A DNA stretch of 63,139 nucleotides, the filler included, from Chiloscyllium plagiosum (taxonomy: Eukaryota), in assembly GCF_004010195.1 (NCBI RefSeq). It is 4 parts of one record of this genome, joined end to end, with 100 filler letters (N's around TTAATTAATTAA, not from the genome) between each part and the next. Parts side by side here need not be neighbours in the genome. Positions count along the whole stretch, not along the records: positions 42,392 to 59,144 come from NC_057717.1; positions 59,245 to 63,139 come from NC_057717.1; 2 more parts are not named here. One strand, 5' to 3'. Positions 52,265 through 63,139 of this stretch are shown piece by piece (within the stretch, counting starts at the first letter, position 1; the number at the start of each line of letters is the position of its first letter). The notes below the pieces were generated by a model. The model was not told the DNA's origin, made no database searches, and worked only from the letters and a program-made list of their open reading frames with translations. A program made the translations under genes and the position numbers.

Positions 52265-54088
52265 TAGAACATAGAACATAGAACAATACAGCACAGAACA
52301 GGCCCTTCGGCCCACGATGTTGTGCTGAACATTTGTCCGAGCTGAAGCACCCATCCATGTATCTATCCAATTTCCGCTTAAAGGTCACCAAAGATTCTGA
52401 CTCTACTACTCCCACAGGCAGCGCATTCCATGCCCCCACCACGCTCTGGGTAAAGAACCCACCCCTGACATCTCCCCTATACCTTCCACCCTTCACCTTA
52501 AATTTATGTCCCCTTGTAACACTCTGTTGCACCCGGGGAAAAAGTTTCTGACTGTCTACTCTATCTCTAATACACCATAGGCCTTCTTACAAGCTCTATC
52601 CACCTGAGTGGCAACTTTCAAAAATCTATGAGCATAGACCCCAAGATCCCTCTGTTCCTCCACCTCACTAAGAACCCTACCGTTAAACCTGTATTCGGAA
52701 TTCTTATTTGTCTTTCCAAAATGGACAACCTCACACTTGGCAGGGTTGAACTCCATCTGCCACTCCTCAGCCAGCTCTGCATCATATCTAAGACCCTTTG
52801 CAGCCGACAAGAGCCCTCCTCACTATCCACAACTCCACCAATCTTCGTATCATCTACAAATTTACTGACCCACCCTTCGACTCCCTCATCCAAGTCATTA
52901 ATAAAAATTACGAACAGCAGAGGACCCAGAACTGATCCCTGCGGAACTCCACTTATAACTGGGCTCCAGGCTGAATCTTTGCCATCTACCACCATTCTCT
53001 GACTTCGACCGGTTAGCCAGTTTTCTATCCAATTGGCCAAATGTCCCTCCATCCCATGCCTCCTGACTTTCCACATAAGCCTACCATGGGGAACCTTATC
53101 AAATGCCTTACTAAAATCCATGTACAGTACATCCACTGCGCTACCCTCATCCACATGCTTGGTCACTCCTCAAAGAATTCAATAAGACTTGTAAGGCAAG
53201 AGCCACCCTTCACAAATCCGTGCTGGCTGTCTCTAATCAAGCAGTGTCTTTCCAGATACTCATAAATCCTATCCCTCAGTACCCTTTCCATTACTTTGCC
53301 TACCACCGAAGTAAGACTAACTGGCCTGTAATTCCCGGGGTTATCCCTATTCCCTTTTTTGAACAGGGGCACAACATTCGCCACTCTCCAGTCCCCTGGT
53401 ACCACCCCCGTTGACAGTGAAGACATTAAGATCATTGCCAACGGTACTGAAATTTCCTCTCTTGCTTCCCACATAATCCTAGGATATATCCCGTCAGGCC
53501 CAGGGGACTTGTCTATCCTCAAGTTGTTCAAAATGTCCAACACATTTTCCTTCTTAACAAGCTTATCAGTCCGTTTCACACTCTCCTCTTCAACAATACG
53601 GTCCCTCTCGTTCGTAAATACTGAAGAAAAGTACTCATTCGAGACCTCTCCAATCTCTTCCGACTCAATACACAGTCTCCCACTACTGTCCTTGATCGGA
53701 CCTACCCTCGTTCTCGTCATTCTCATGTTTCTCACATACGCATAAAATGCGTTTGGGTTATACTTGATCCTATCCGCCAAAGATTTTTCAAGCCGTCTCT
53801 TAGCTCTCCTCATCCCTTTCTTCAGGTCCCTCTGGCTATCCTGTATCCCTCCACTGCTTTGTCTGAACCCTGTTTCCTCAACCTTATGTAAGCCTCCTTC
53901 TTCCTCTTTACAAGACATTCAACCTCCCTCATCAACCAAGGTTCCCTCACACGACCATCTCTTTCCTGCCTGACAGGTACATACATATCAAGGACATGTC
54001 ATATCTGTTTCTTGCAAAAGTTTCACATTTCCATGAACTCCTTCCCTGACAGCCTGTGCTCCCAACTTATGCTCCTCAGATCCTGTCT
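52265..54088 (-). mobile_element. Young 5'-truncated CR1 LINE (near-intact RT segments, frameshift and internal deletion)
   Basis: ORFs 53163..53918 and 52618..53166 contain [41 protein letters not shown] and SKFVDDTK. Antisense tail agaacatagaacatagaac. Confidence 0.95.
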
Positions 54089-54394
54089 CGTGGTGATTGT
54101 AATTTTAGCTCGGGGCATATGTGGTCTTTCTACGTGCAGCACTCGCTATCTTGTGGCCATGACAACGTCAGATCTATTGTTCATTATTTTTTATATCATC
54201 CTTCACCAATTTCGACAGTATTATTATCCACTGTGTTTCCTGCAAATCACTCCTGCTTGTGGTGTTATCTATGCCCTCAACCGCTTGAGCATTGATTGTT
54301 CTGTGTGGTTCACCATTGCTTTTTCCTTTGATCGATTTGTTGCCATTTGTTTACATGAGATGAAAACTAAGTATTGCACAGGGAAAACTGCAAC
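54087..54394 (+). pseudogene. GPR139-like: Partial GPR139/GPR142-like class A GPCR (end of TM1 to ICL2), probably disrupted by CR1; runs into a gap
   Basis: LVVIVILARGICGLSTCSTRYLVAMTTSDLLFII...ITPACGV...DCSVWFTIAFSFDRFVAICLHEMKTKYCTGKTA. It has a TM2 (L)xxxD-like motif, the TM3 Cys and a DRF motif, matching the elasmobranch GPR139-like family pattern. The upstream 25 aa of the ORF are antisense CR1. Confidence 0.85.
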
Positions 54395-54959
54395 NNNNNN
54401 NNNNNNNNNNNNNNNNNNNNNNNNNNNNNNNNNNNNNNNNNNNNNNNNNNNNNNNNNNNNNNNNNNNNNNNNNNNNNNNNNNNNNNNNNNNNNNNNNNNN
54501 NNNNNNNNNNNNNNNNNNNNNNNNNNNNNNNNNNNNNNNNNNNNNNNNNNNNNNNNNNNNNNNNNNNNNNNNNNNNNNNNNNNNNNNNNNNNNNNNNNNN
54601 NNNNNNNNNNNNNNNNNNNNNNNNNNNNNNNNNNNNNNNNNNNNNNNNNNNNNNNNNNNNNNNNNNNNNNNNNNNNNNNNNNNNNNNNNNNNNNNNNNNN
54701 NNNNNNNNNNNNNNNNNNNNNNNNNNNNNNNNNNNNNNNNNNNNNNNNNNNNNNNNNNNNNNNNNNNNNNNNNNNNNNNNNNNNNNNNNNNNNNNNNNAG
54801 CAAACCTACCCCCCAGGATATTGGTGCCCTTCTGGTTCAGGTTTTCCACAATGTTGTGTAGCTGTGAATATTGATGACCCATCTTTGTGTTCACCCTGTG
54901 ACCATGTCTCCGTGATGGCGAGTAGATAGAAATCACAAATTAAGAAACAGTAATTTTTA

Positions 54960-57900
54960 CCACAGTTTCCTGTCACAAACCTAATTTCAGTTAAATTCAG
55001 TCCCTTCCTGTTTCTTCCTGTTTGTCTTTAGCCACATCTCCATGGTTTTCCAATATTTCAAGCTTTCTCTTTGGATTTGGGAATTTCCTTTAACTTATGC
55101 CCTGTCCCTCCTCATCCGTGTCATTTTAAAGCAATTTGATTGACCAGGGCACAGTTCCAGTGGAGTCCATCCCAATATAATGGCTGACTCCTCCCTGAGG
55201 ACTGGGAGCAGTTCCCACTGCATCAGAACCACGTCTTCTGACACGATTGTGTGATCCTGATACCTTCCTGCACTCTGGTGGTATCACCCAGTATCTCTCC
55301 ATGTAGTATCCCTCGATGTGTAGGTCAATTTGCTGCCTCTGTCAGTGTTTCTCCCTCTTACTGCCGATCTGAGATCCTGAATCAACAGAATTCTCCAAAC
55401 CAGAGAGCTGCAGCAGCATAGGCCAGGGACAGAGACTGGGATTTTCCAGATCTCTGCTGAACTCTGTGCCACTCTGAACGAGTTATACTCATTGCATCAA
55501 TCTAATTTCCCATTCTATCTATTTCTCTGTCTCATGCAGTTAATCAGGATATTCCTAACTCCTGTCTCATCCATCACCTCATTGAAGTCGTTTCGTCAGC
55601 CAGAGAGAGATGGAGAGGGAGATCTGGAGCCTTCAGTAAATCCTGCAGCCTGTAAGATCACTCACAGTAAATAGCACAGGGAGGAGGTAGTGGCCTTCTG
55701 TATTCAGACCCAGAACACAGGACATAGATACAGAGCTGGGCAAGGAACTGCAATATTCTAGGCTTCATTTCCACCATCTTGTGAGGTCCTGCTCTCACCT
55801 CTGCTGTGCTGGTCCTCCCTGAGACAGTATAGGGGATCGCAGGCATCAATCCTGGCCCATGCTGTTTTCGTGATCTCTGTAATATCCTCCAGTCCCAATA
55901 ATCCTTCCTCTGTTTGGAATCTCCTCTCGTCCACACCATTCTCTCTGTCTCTGTCTTCATCAGGTTCTCCAATCTCTAACAACCTAATTCCTAAACTTCT
56001 CCAGTAGATACTAAATTCCTTCATTCCTGTAAACTCCGACTGTCCTGTTTATCCCTGTAAGCTCCTCCTACCAATACCACCCTCCCTGTCAATGTATTTG
56101 TCTTTAACCTCTCCCATCCGTCCCTACCTATGTAATCTTCTCCAGCTCCTACAACCCTTCCTTAGCTATGGACAAATTTGTAATCTCCTTATCGTTCTCC
56201 AATTCTTCGATGTTAATCTTTTAAAATTTCACCCTAGTTCCCAACTCCAAACCCCTCCCGAGCACATAACCCTCTTTCAGTTTGTGCAACCCTCCCTATC
56301 TGTATAACTGTCTCCAACCCAGTAACCTGGCATTCTCCATTGCCTTCCTATCTCTGTAGCCTCCAGAATCTTGAAGCCTTCTTATATCTGTAAACGTCTT
56401 CAGTCACGACAACCTTCCATATCTCTGTTAGTATATACAATACTCTTCTCCCTGAAACATCCCCTGTCTGTGCCTCTCAATCTGCCTGCCTCTCCCTACA
56501 TTCATCCATACCCCATCTCCAGAATCTAACCCAGCTCCCTCTATCATTGTAAATTCCTCCAATTCCCAAACATCTTTGGCCCACTGACATTCTTGTCCAG
56601 ATGTAAATCTGTTTAATTCTAACATCCTTGAGCCCCTGTAAGCCTCCCTATCTCTGTAACCTCTCCCCATCTGTTCAAACACCCACTACTGATGAATGAC
56701 TCCCTACAGTCGCCATACGGCAGATGGAATGATAGTGAACAGATATGATGGAACTGTCATTGCAGGGATGTAGCTGCAGAATGAACATTGCTGGGAAGGG
56801 AATATTGAAGGGTTGTTGCGTTAGAGTCATATAGTCATAGAGATGTACAGCATGGAAACAGACACTTCGGTCCAACCCATCCATGCTGTCTAGATATCCC
56901 AACCCAATCTAGTCCCAAGAGGCAGACAGGGCAAAAAGCCAACATGTTGTGAAGAAAGGATGAGATTAATGCATTAATGAGACAATCATGTGGATCTGAA
57001 GATCAAAATTTGGAGTCTATTTGGGTGGAGCTGAGAATAAGCAAGCAGCAGCAACCATTAGCAGGAATTATTTTATAGGCACCAGACAGTGATGGTAATG
57101 TCAATATGGTTACAGTCAGGGCACTGAATGTACTGGCAGCAAGGGCAGTACAGTAACTGTGATGATGTCAAAGTCCAGAAGAAAGTTAGGATATTGAGGG
57201 ACATTGATATACAGAAGGATCTTGGTGCAAGTCAGTAACTTCCTGAAAATGGCAATAGAAAGCACCCGGAGGAAATCCTCGCAGACACGGGGAGAAAGTG
57301 TAAACTCCACACAGTCCGTCGCCTGAGGCAGGAATTGAACTCGGGTCTGGCGCTATGAAGCAACAGTGTTAACCACTGTGCCACCGTTCGTGGACGGTGC
57401 GGCCTTCATCGGTCACAACGTTGGGTATAGTGGTTTGCATCTGATGCTGTGATTCTATAAAACTTCTGTTTGGCCACATTTTCAGTACTGTGTGCAGTTC
57501 TCATCTCCACACAATAGGGAGGATGTGGAGCCTTGGAGAGGGTGCAAAATGGGTTTATCAGCAAGTTGCCTGTGTTAGGGTTTTTAAGGGTGTGTTAGGT
57601 GTAAGACGAAACTAAACAAAGTTGGATTGTTTTGCGAGAGTATCAGAGGCTGACAGGCGACCAGGTACAGGAATATAACTTTAGGACAGGGACAGATAAT
57701 GTGGATAGTCGGAATCTCGTTTCCAATGTGTAAGCTTCAAGTACTAGAGCGCATAGGTTTAAGGTGAGAAAGAGAAAGTTTAAACGAGATGTGTGAGGCT
57801 AGGTTTTTTTTTACATAGAGAGTGGAGGTTACCGAGGGATGTTGTCGAAGCAGAAATGTGAGTAAAGTTTTGAAGTGGCATTTAGACAGAAACATGTCAG

Positions 57901-58430
57901 GTAGAGAATAGAGGGATATGGACCATGTGCCAGCAGATGGTATGAGTTGAGAATAGCGTCTTGGACAGCACAGACATGGTGGGCCAAAGGGTCTGTTGCT
58001 ATGCTGTACTGTTCTATTTTCTAACTTCCCAGCATCTACCCAATCAGGCCCCGTCAGAATCTTGGATGTTTCAGTCTATTTCTCTCCCATTATCTAAACT
58101 TCAAGGATTTAACCTCAACGTACTCCACCTCTTCTCATTAGAAAATCCCTCCATTCCCAGGATCAGCCGAGTGAACCTTCTCTCTGGACTGCCTCCAATG
58201 CCTTTCCTTTGGGCACTCACACTGTTCATAATATTTGAGGTGTGGTCTGACTTGTACCTTGCACAGTTTTAGCCAGACCTCCATGTTTTTAGACTCCATT
58301 CCCTCTATAATAAATGGTAGCATTTGATTTGCCTTCTCTATTACCTGCTGATCCTGTGAGCTACCTTTTTCAGATTGATAAACAAGAACTCCCTCAGCCC
58401 TTACTGATGTCAGTCTGAAACCAAATATTG
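54960..58430 (-). repeat. Inverted, diverged paralog of ~3385-6300
   Basis: The reverse complement of 58320-58430 matches 3385-3490 (tttggtttcagac...ttcttgtttatcaatctgaaaaaggtagc). It is collinear through the exon cassette, with extra CR1/SINE insertions at ~56822-56917 and ~57170-57880. Confidence 0.85.
55540..55651 (+). other. Exon-like cassette A, copy 4 (112 nt)
   Basis: Acceptor atttctctgtctcatgcag| and donor CCT|gtaagat. Frame ...RQPERDGEGDLEPSVNPAA; the ATG seen in copies 1 and 2 is not retained. Confidence 0.5.
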
Positions 58431-59144
58431 AGGTAAAAACAATGACTGCAGATGCTGGAAACCAGATTCTGGATCAGTGGTGCTGGAAGAGCACGCAATT
58501 CAGGCAGCATCCGAAAAGCTTCGAAATCGACGTTTCGGGCAAAAGCCCTTCATCAGGAATAAAGGCAGAGAGCCTGAAGCGTGGAGAGATAAGCTAGAGG
58601 AGGGTGGGGGTGGGGATAGAGTAGCATAGAGTACAATAGGTCAGTGGGGGAGGAGATGAAGGTGATAGGTCAGGGAGGAGAGGGTGGAGTGGATAGGTGG
58701 AAAAGGAATGGGCAGGTCGGACAAGTCCGGACAAGTCAAGGGGATCATGTTGCTGGAGGTTAGAAACGAGGATGAGGTGGGGGAAGGGGAAATGAGGAAG
58801 CTGTTGAAATCCACATTGATGCCCTGGGGTTGAAGTGTTCCGAGACGGAAGATGAGGCGTTCTTCTTCCATGCGTCTGGTGGCGAGTGAGCGGCGGTGAA
58901 AGAGGCCCAGCACCTCCATGACCTCGGCAGAGTGGGAGGGGGAGTTGAAATGTTGAGCCACGGGGCAATTTCGTTGATTGGTGCGGGTGTCTCGGAGATG
59001 TTACGTAAAGCGCTCTGCTAGGAGGCGCCCAGTCTCCCCAAGGTAGAGGAGACCGCATCGGGAGCAACAGATACAATAAATGATATTAATGGATGTGCAG
59101 GTAAAACTTTGATGGATGTGGAAGGCTACTTTAGGGCCTTGGAT
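58430..59144 (-). mobile_element. Penelope-like element 3' part: GIY-YIG endonuclease and pLTR
   Basis: The minus strand encodes NIIYCICCSRCGLLYLGETGR...VAQHFNSPSHS...RMEEERLIFRLGTLQPQGINVDF, followed by a pyrimidine-rich UTR and a hammerhead. Confidence 0.88.
58524..58560 (-). ncRNA. Minimal type I hammerhead ribozyme, intact core
   Basis: Minus strand attc-CTGATGA-a-gggc-tttt-gccc-GAAA-CGTC-gatt. It has the conserved boxes, a 4-bp stem II, a palindromic ACGT stem III and a GUC cleavage triplet. Confidence 0.75.
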
Positions 59145-59244
59145 NNNNNNNNNNNNNNNNNNNNNNNNNNNNNNNNNNNNNNNNNNNNTTAATTAATTAA
59201 NNNNNNNNNNNNNNNNNNNNNNNNNNNNNNNNNNNNNNNNNNNN
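59145..59244. other. Artificial assembly spacer
   Basis: 44 N + TTAATTAATTAA + 44 N. Confidence 0.95.
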
Positions 59245-60097
59245 TAATTGAGTATTTATCCTCATCACATTTACTGATTCAAGCAATGAGTCAGTGTCCA
59301 TCCTGCAGATGAAAAAATTTCTTCAGCTCTGACTATTGTTACGAAGAACAGTGCCACCCAAAAGGTTCCAGTGCAATGTGCCAAACCCTAGTTCATCCTA
59401 AATTAGGTACACACTTTATGAATAAGACATGCTGAGTGTTAGAGTGTAAAAGGTGAATTCAACTCTGTGTCGAAACTGCTATTTGTAGCTCCCTCACAAT
59501 AGGTGTTAACTACATCACTGTGTAAATTACCCAAAGTAAGAAAAGCAACAGACTGGAATTCTTAATTTCTCTTCTGTGAATAACATCTAGAGAACAGGAA
59601 GGAAATCAAGGTTTGTTTGTGATATTCATAAATGATGATGGTGAGAATGTGGAAGATGGACGGCAGTGGAATGATAACGAATGTTGGGGATGACACAAAA
59701 ATTAAATGGGTGGTTCACAGTGAGGAGGAAATGGTTAGCCTAAGGACGATATTAACAGATGATTTCTTTATCCAGATTAATGGCCGATGAAGTTTAACAC
59801 TGATAAATGTGAGATAATGCACATCTGAATTAACAAGACAAGTGAGTACTCAAACTGTGAAGTGTGCGGGCTAAATTTACTCCTTTTCTCATTGCAGCAG
59901 GGAAGGTTGAGGAGGAAACCTGGTACAGGGTGTAAAAAGCATAAGGGGAAAGGAGAGGATGAAGAGACAGCAGCTGTTTACCTTACTTGAAGGGTCAAAA
60001 ACAAAGAGATACATATTTAAAGTGAAAGGCAGGGGATTGAGAGAGGATTTGTGAGTCTGTTTTGAACTGAGAGTGTGGCACAGACATAGAATATAAA

Positions 60098-60430
60098 ATT
60101 CCTACACTGTGGAAATAGGCTCTTCGGCTCAACAAATCCACACTGACCCTCCAAAGAATAACCCACACAAATACTTTCCTTCTATATTTACCCCTGAACA
60201 ATACACCTAACCTACACATCCCTGAACAATATGGGCAATTAAGCATGGCCAATTCACCGAACCTGCACATCTTTGGATTGTGGGAGAAAACCGGAATACC
60301 TAGCATAATCCACGCAGACACGGCGAGAATGTGCAAAATCCATACAGGCAGTCACACGAGGCTGAAATCAATCCTGGGTCCCCCTGCTCTAAGGCAGGTG
60401 TTCTAACCACTGAGCCACCGTTCTGCCCCT
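60098..60430 (-). mobile_element. HE1-like V-SINE
   Basis: The minus strand starts ggggcagaacggtggctcagtggttag, has the V-domain, and ends ttccacagtgtagg. Confidence 0.85.
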
Positions 60431-60619
60431 GGTGAATGCATTTCCTCGGCGGGTGATTGAGCAGATAATCTCACAAACTTTAAAAAAAGCCTTTGGATAT
60501 GCAATTGGTGGTGCAGGCTCGCATTTTCATTCAATGATTCTATGTGGTGGCAGCCATGTACACTGATATATTCTGAAGCAATAGCTAATGTCAGTTCCTG
60601 GTTTGTTCCATTGACTGTG

Positions 60620-61012
60620 TCAGTAAGTGAGCCTCCAGTGAAGTGCTGGTGTTATCTCCCACTTTCTATGTAAGTGTTTCGGTTTCCTTGCGTTGGTAAT
60701 GTAATTTCCTGTGTCGATGATGTCATTTCCGGCCCTTTTTATCAGAGGGTGGTAGATGGAGTCAACATTGATGTGTTTGTTGATGGAGTTCCGGTTGGAA
60801 TGCCATGTTTCTAGGAATTCTTGTACTTGTCTCTGTTTGGCCTGTCCGAGAATGGATATGCAGACCTAGTAAAAGTGGCGTACTTCCTCATCAGTACGCA
60901 AGAAATTAGTGTTGGGGTCATGTATTTTGTGGCTAATTGATGTTCATACATCCTGGTGACTAGTTTTCTGCTTGTTTTTCCGTTGTAGTGTTTGTTACAA
61001 TTCTTGCAAGGC
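60620..61012 (-). mobile_element. Degenerate Penelope GIY-YIG fragment
   Basis: The minus strand gives CKNCNKHYNGKTSRKLVTRMYEHQLATK, homologous to 62290-62560. Confidence 0.75.
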
Positions 61013-62212
61013 TTATTGCTCCTGGAGCTGAAGAGAGAAAGATATGAATTTATTGCGGTGCTTAAAAGTATGAATAAACTGTCAGAGTGAAAAATAATAC
61101 TCTCTTAGTTGGCATTGTAGCATCAAAGAATTCTAATTTCAAGGTTGACAGCAAAACAGCGAGGAGTGAAATAAGTGTCTTTATTCAGAGAGTTGTTACG
61201 AATTGGAACTGAAAGCTGTGAATGAAGATTCAAAGGAGAGCTGGATATATATTTGGAAATTATGAATTTGACGAGCAACAGAGAGAGGACTGGAAAATGG
61301 GAGGAGCTTGGGAGATACCTTTGGAGCTGATTCATACATTATGGCCAATGGCTTCCTCCTGTACTTAAAAGAGTTGTACTCAATCATGTGTCAGCTGTGA
61401 ATAAATCCAATTATTTTACAGTGTAAATGCTCGCAAATATCTGATTATTTGGTGCAGCATAAACATTTAAAATGCAAGTATTGCAAGGTCAGCTTCATTA
61501 TGAAGTCTAATTACTACTCAGAACATGAATACTTTACGTGTTGTATTCCAATTACTAAAACAAATATATCATTGCTTTGGCACAAAACCCTTTGGAAAGC
61601 TTTGATATTTCACTGACACGATATTATGTTCGTTGTTTTTTTTCACTCTCCACATTTCATATTAAATATCATTCATTCTAAAAATTGGAAGTTTTCAAGT
61701 TATTGTTCACTGAAATTTGATAACACAAATAATTTATTTAGTTTAATATTCATAGTCCATGTTGAATTATTGCCATTTTAAAATTGCTGGCAAATAGCTG
61801 AAGATCGTACATTTCAGTGAGAGATTAAACTGATTAATTATATATAAATGTGTAAGAACGCTAATTCTATTTGTAAGTTCAATTATTTGCTCACTCTGAA
61901 TATGCAATCACTCAGAAGCCAACCACTTTAAAAATTTTGGAGTGGCAAAACATTGCTTTGAATCCTGACATTGAATATCGAATTGTAATCACCACAAGAG
62001 TTATGTTCTTTTGTCGATAAAATAAGATGTGCATGCTTTATTTCTGTGTTAGAAATTCTTGACAGGAGTTTATATTTTAGTTCCATAAATATAGAATCAA
62101 CAAAATTGATTGAAGAGATTACAGTTCCGTTGAATGGTTATCGTTCACATCGTATTTTTGCCCAATTCATGAAATATAGCAAACATCCGATTATTGTTCA
62201 AGTCAGTAAACT

Positions 62213-62735
62213 AAGTTTGTGAGAAGATTTGTAGCTCGGGTGCTCGTTGTTATGGTTCTGTACAGTACACTAATGTAGTGTACAAAATCCCATGCAAGAA
62301 CTGCACAAAACACTATATGGGACAAACAGGAAGATAGCTTATGATCCGCATCCACGAACATCAACTAGCCACGAAACGACACGACCAGCTATCCCTAGTC
62401 GCCACACACGTAGACGACATGCAAAATTAATTCGACTGGGACAACACTACCATTATAGGGCAAGCCAAACAAAGAACAGCCAGGGAATTCCTAGAAGTAT
62501 GACACTCATCCAAAAACTCCATCAACAAACACATCGACCTGGAATGAATATACCGGCCCCTACAGCGGACAGCTGAAACTGACAGCCGGAAGCTGCAGGG
62601 ACAGGCCACGATAAATGCCGGAGGAAACACCACAGAAGCGCTTCACAGGAGGCTCCCAAGCACTGAGGATGTCACCTAGACAGGGGATGAAACGTTTGCA
62701 ACAAAAACTTCCAGCTCGGCGAACAGAACCACAAC
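62213..62735 (+). mobile_element. 5'-truncated Penelope element with inverted partial pLTR and 12-bp TSD
   Basis: From 62272 the frame reads NVVYKIPCKNCTKHYMGQTGR*LMIRIHEHQLATKRHD (GIY-YIG). TSD agtcagtaaact at 62201-62212 and 62736-62747. The 5' gttgttatggttctgt is inverted relative to the 3' acagaaccacaac. Confidence 0.9.
62660..62699 (+). ncRNA. Minimal type I hammerhead ribozyme motif in a Penelope pLTR
   Basis: gca-CTGAGGA-t-gtcacct-agac-aggggat-GAAA-CGTT-tgc. Stem I is gca/tgc, stem III is the palindromic ACGT, and the cleavage triplet is GUU. Confidence 0.7.
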
Positions 62736-63139
62736 AGTCAGTAAACTCACTAGCTTGCAATGAGCTACGCTGAAAATTGCTTCCAATTTATCTGAAATCA
62801 TTGACAGTGTTATTGGACCTCACAGCTGCCTGTGATACAGAGAGACTCAGTGGCCTGTTCCTAAATCTGTGCATAGAGCTTCTAACCTGGTTCAGGGCAG
62901 TCAATCAAACATTATTTCAAAACAAATAATTTGGAATCCTCCTCGGGCAGGGGGAGAACCCGCCAACAGACTTTCACTGGTCTCAGTGCAGGTACAAATA
63001 TTGTCCAGGTTAAAAATTAATGGCTGACCAGCAACCTGATTTTGAAATTCATCTTCAGTCAGAGCCTGACCCGGAGAGCAGACGTGTTGACATGGAGAGC
63101 CAGAATCACACCATACAAGTTACCTATGGTGATGAAACC

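Noticed and set aside
54012..54929. 305-aa ORF as a complete gene
   Set aside because: It is a composite of antisense CR1, about 100 aa of GPCR, a 404-N gap and an unrelated CR1 ORF1 fragment after the gap.

Overview
This window is eukaryotic, repeat-dominated DNA with the retroelement repertoire typical of a shark or other elasmobranch: CR1/HER1-type LINEs, HE1-type V-SINEs, Rex1/Babar, Penelope-like elements and an L1 5' end. The species cannot be fixed from the sequence. It is not one contiguous sequence: three artificial 100-bp spacers (44 N + TTAATTAATTAA + 44 N) join four pieces (1-26127, 26228-42291, 42392-59144, 59245-63139). Nearly all ORFs in the track are broken LINE fragments or their antisense shadows. 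The only recognisable host protein is a partial GPR139/GPR142-like class A GPCR (54087-54394). It is cut at its 5' side by a young CR1 and runs into a gap. Under the repeats lies a large segmental duplication. Piece 1 has an apparent period of about 22.6 kb, and piece 3 is a diverged, reverse-collinear paralog of piece 1. The duplicated unit carries four copies of a small exon-like cassette with splice signals, and piece 1 also has a separate leader-peptide-like exon. These probably come from an unidentified, mostly decayed multigene family. Several Penelope-derived elements carry minimal type I hammerhead ribozyme cores, including a roughly 170-bp fold-back mini-element with a 14-bp TSD and an empty paralogous site. 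No prokaryotic system, CRISPR array or intact novel gene is supported. Boundaries are approximate and set by eye.
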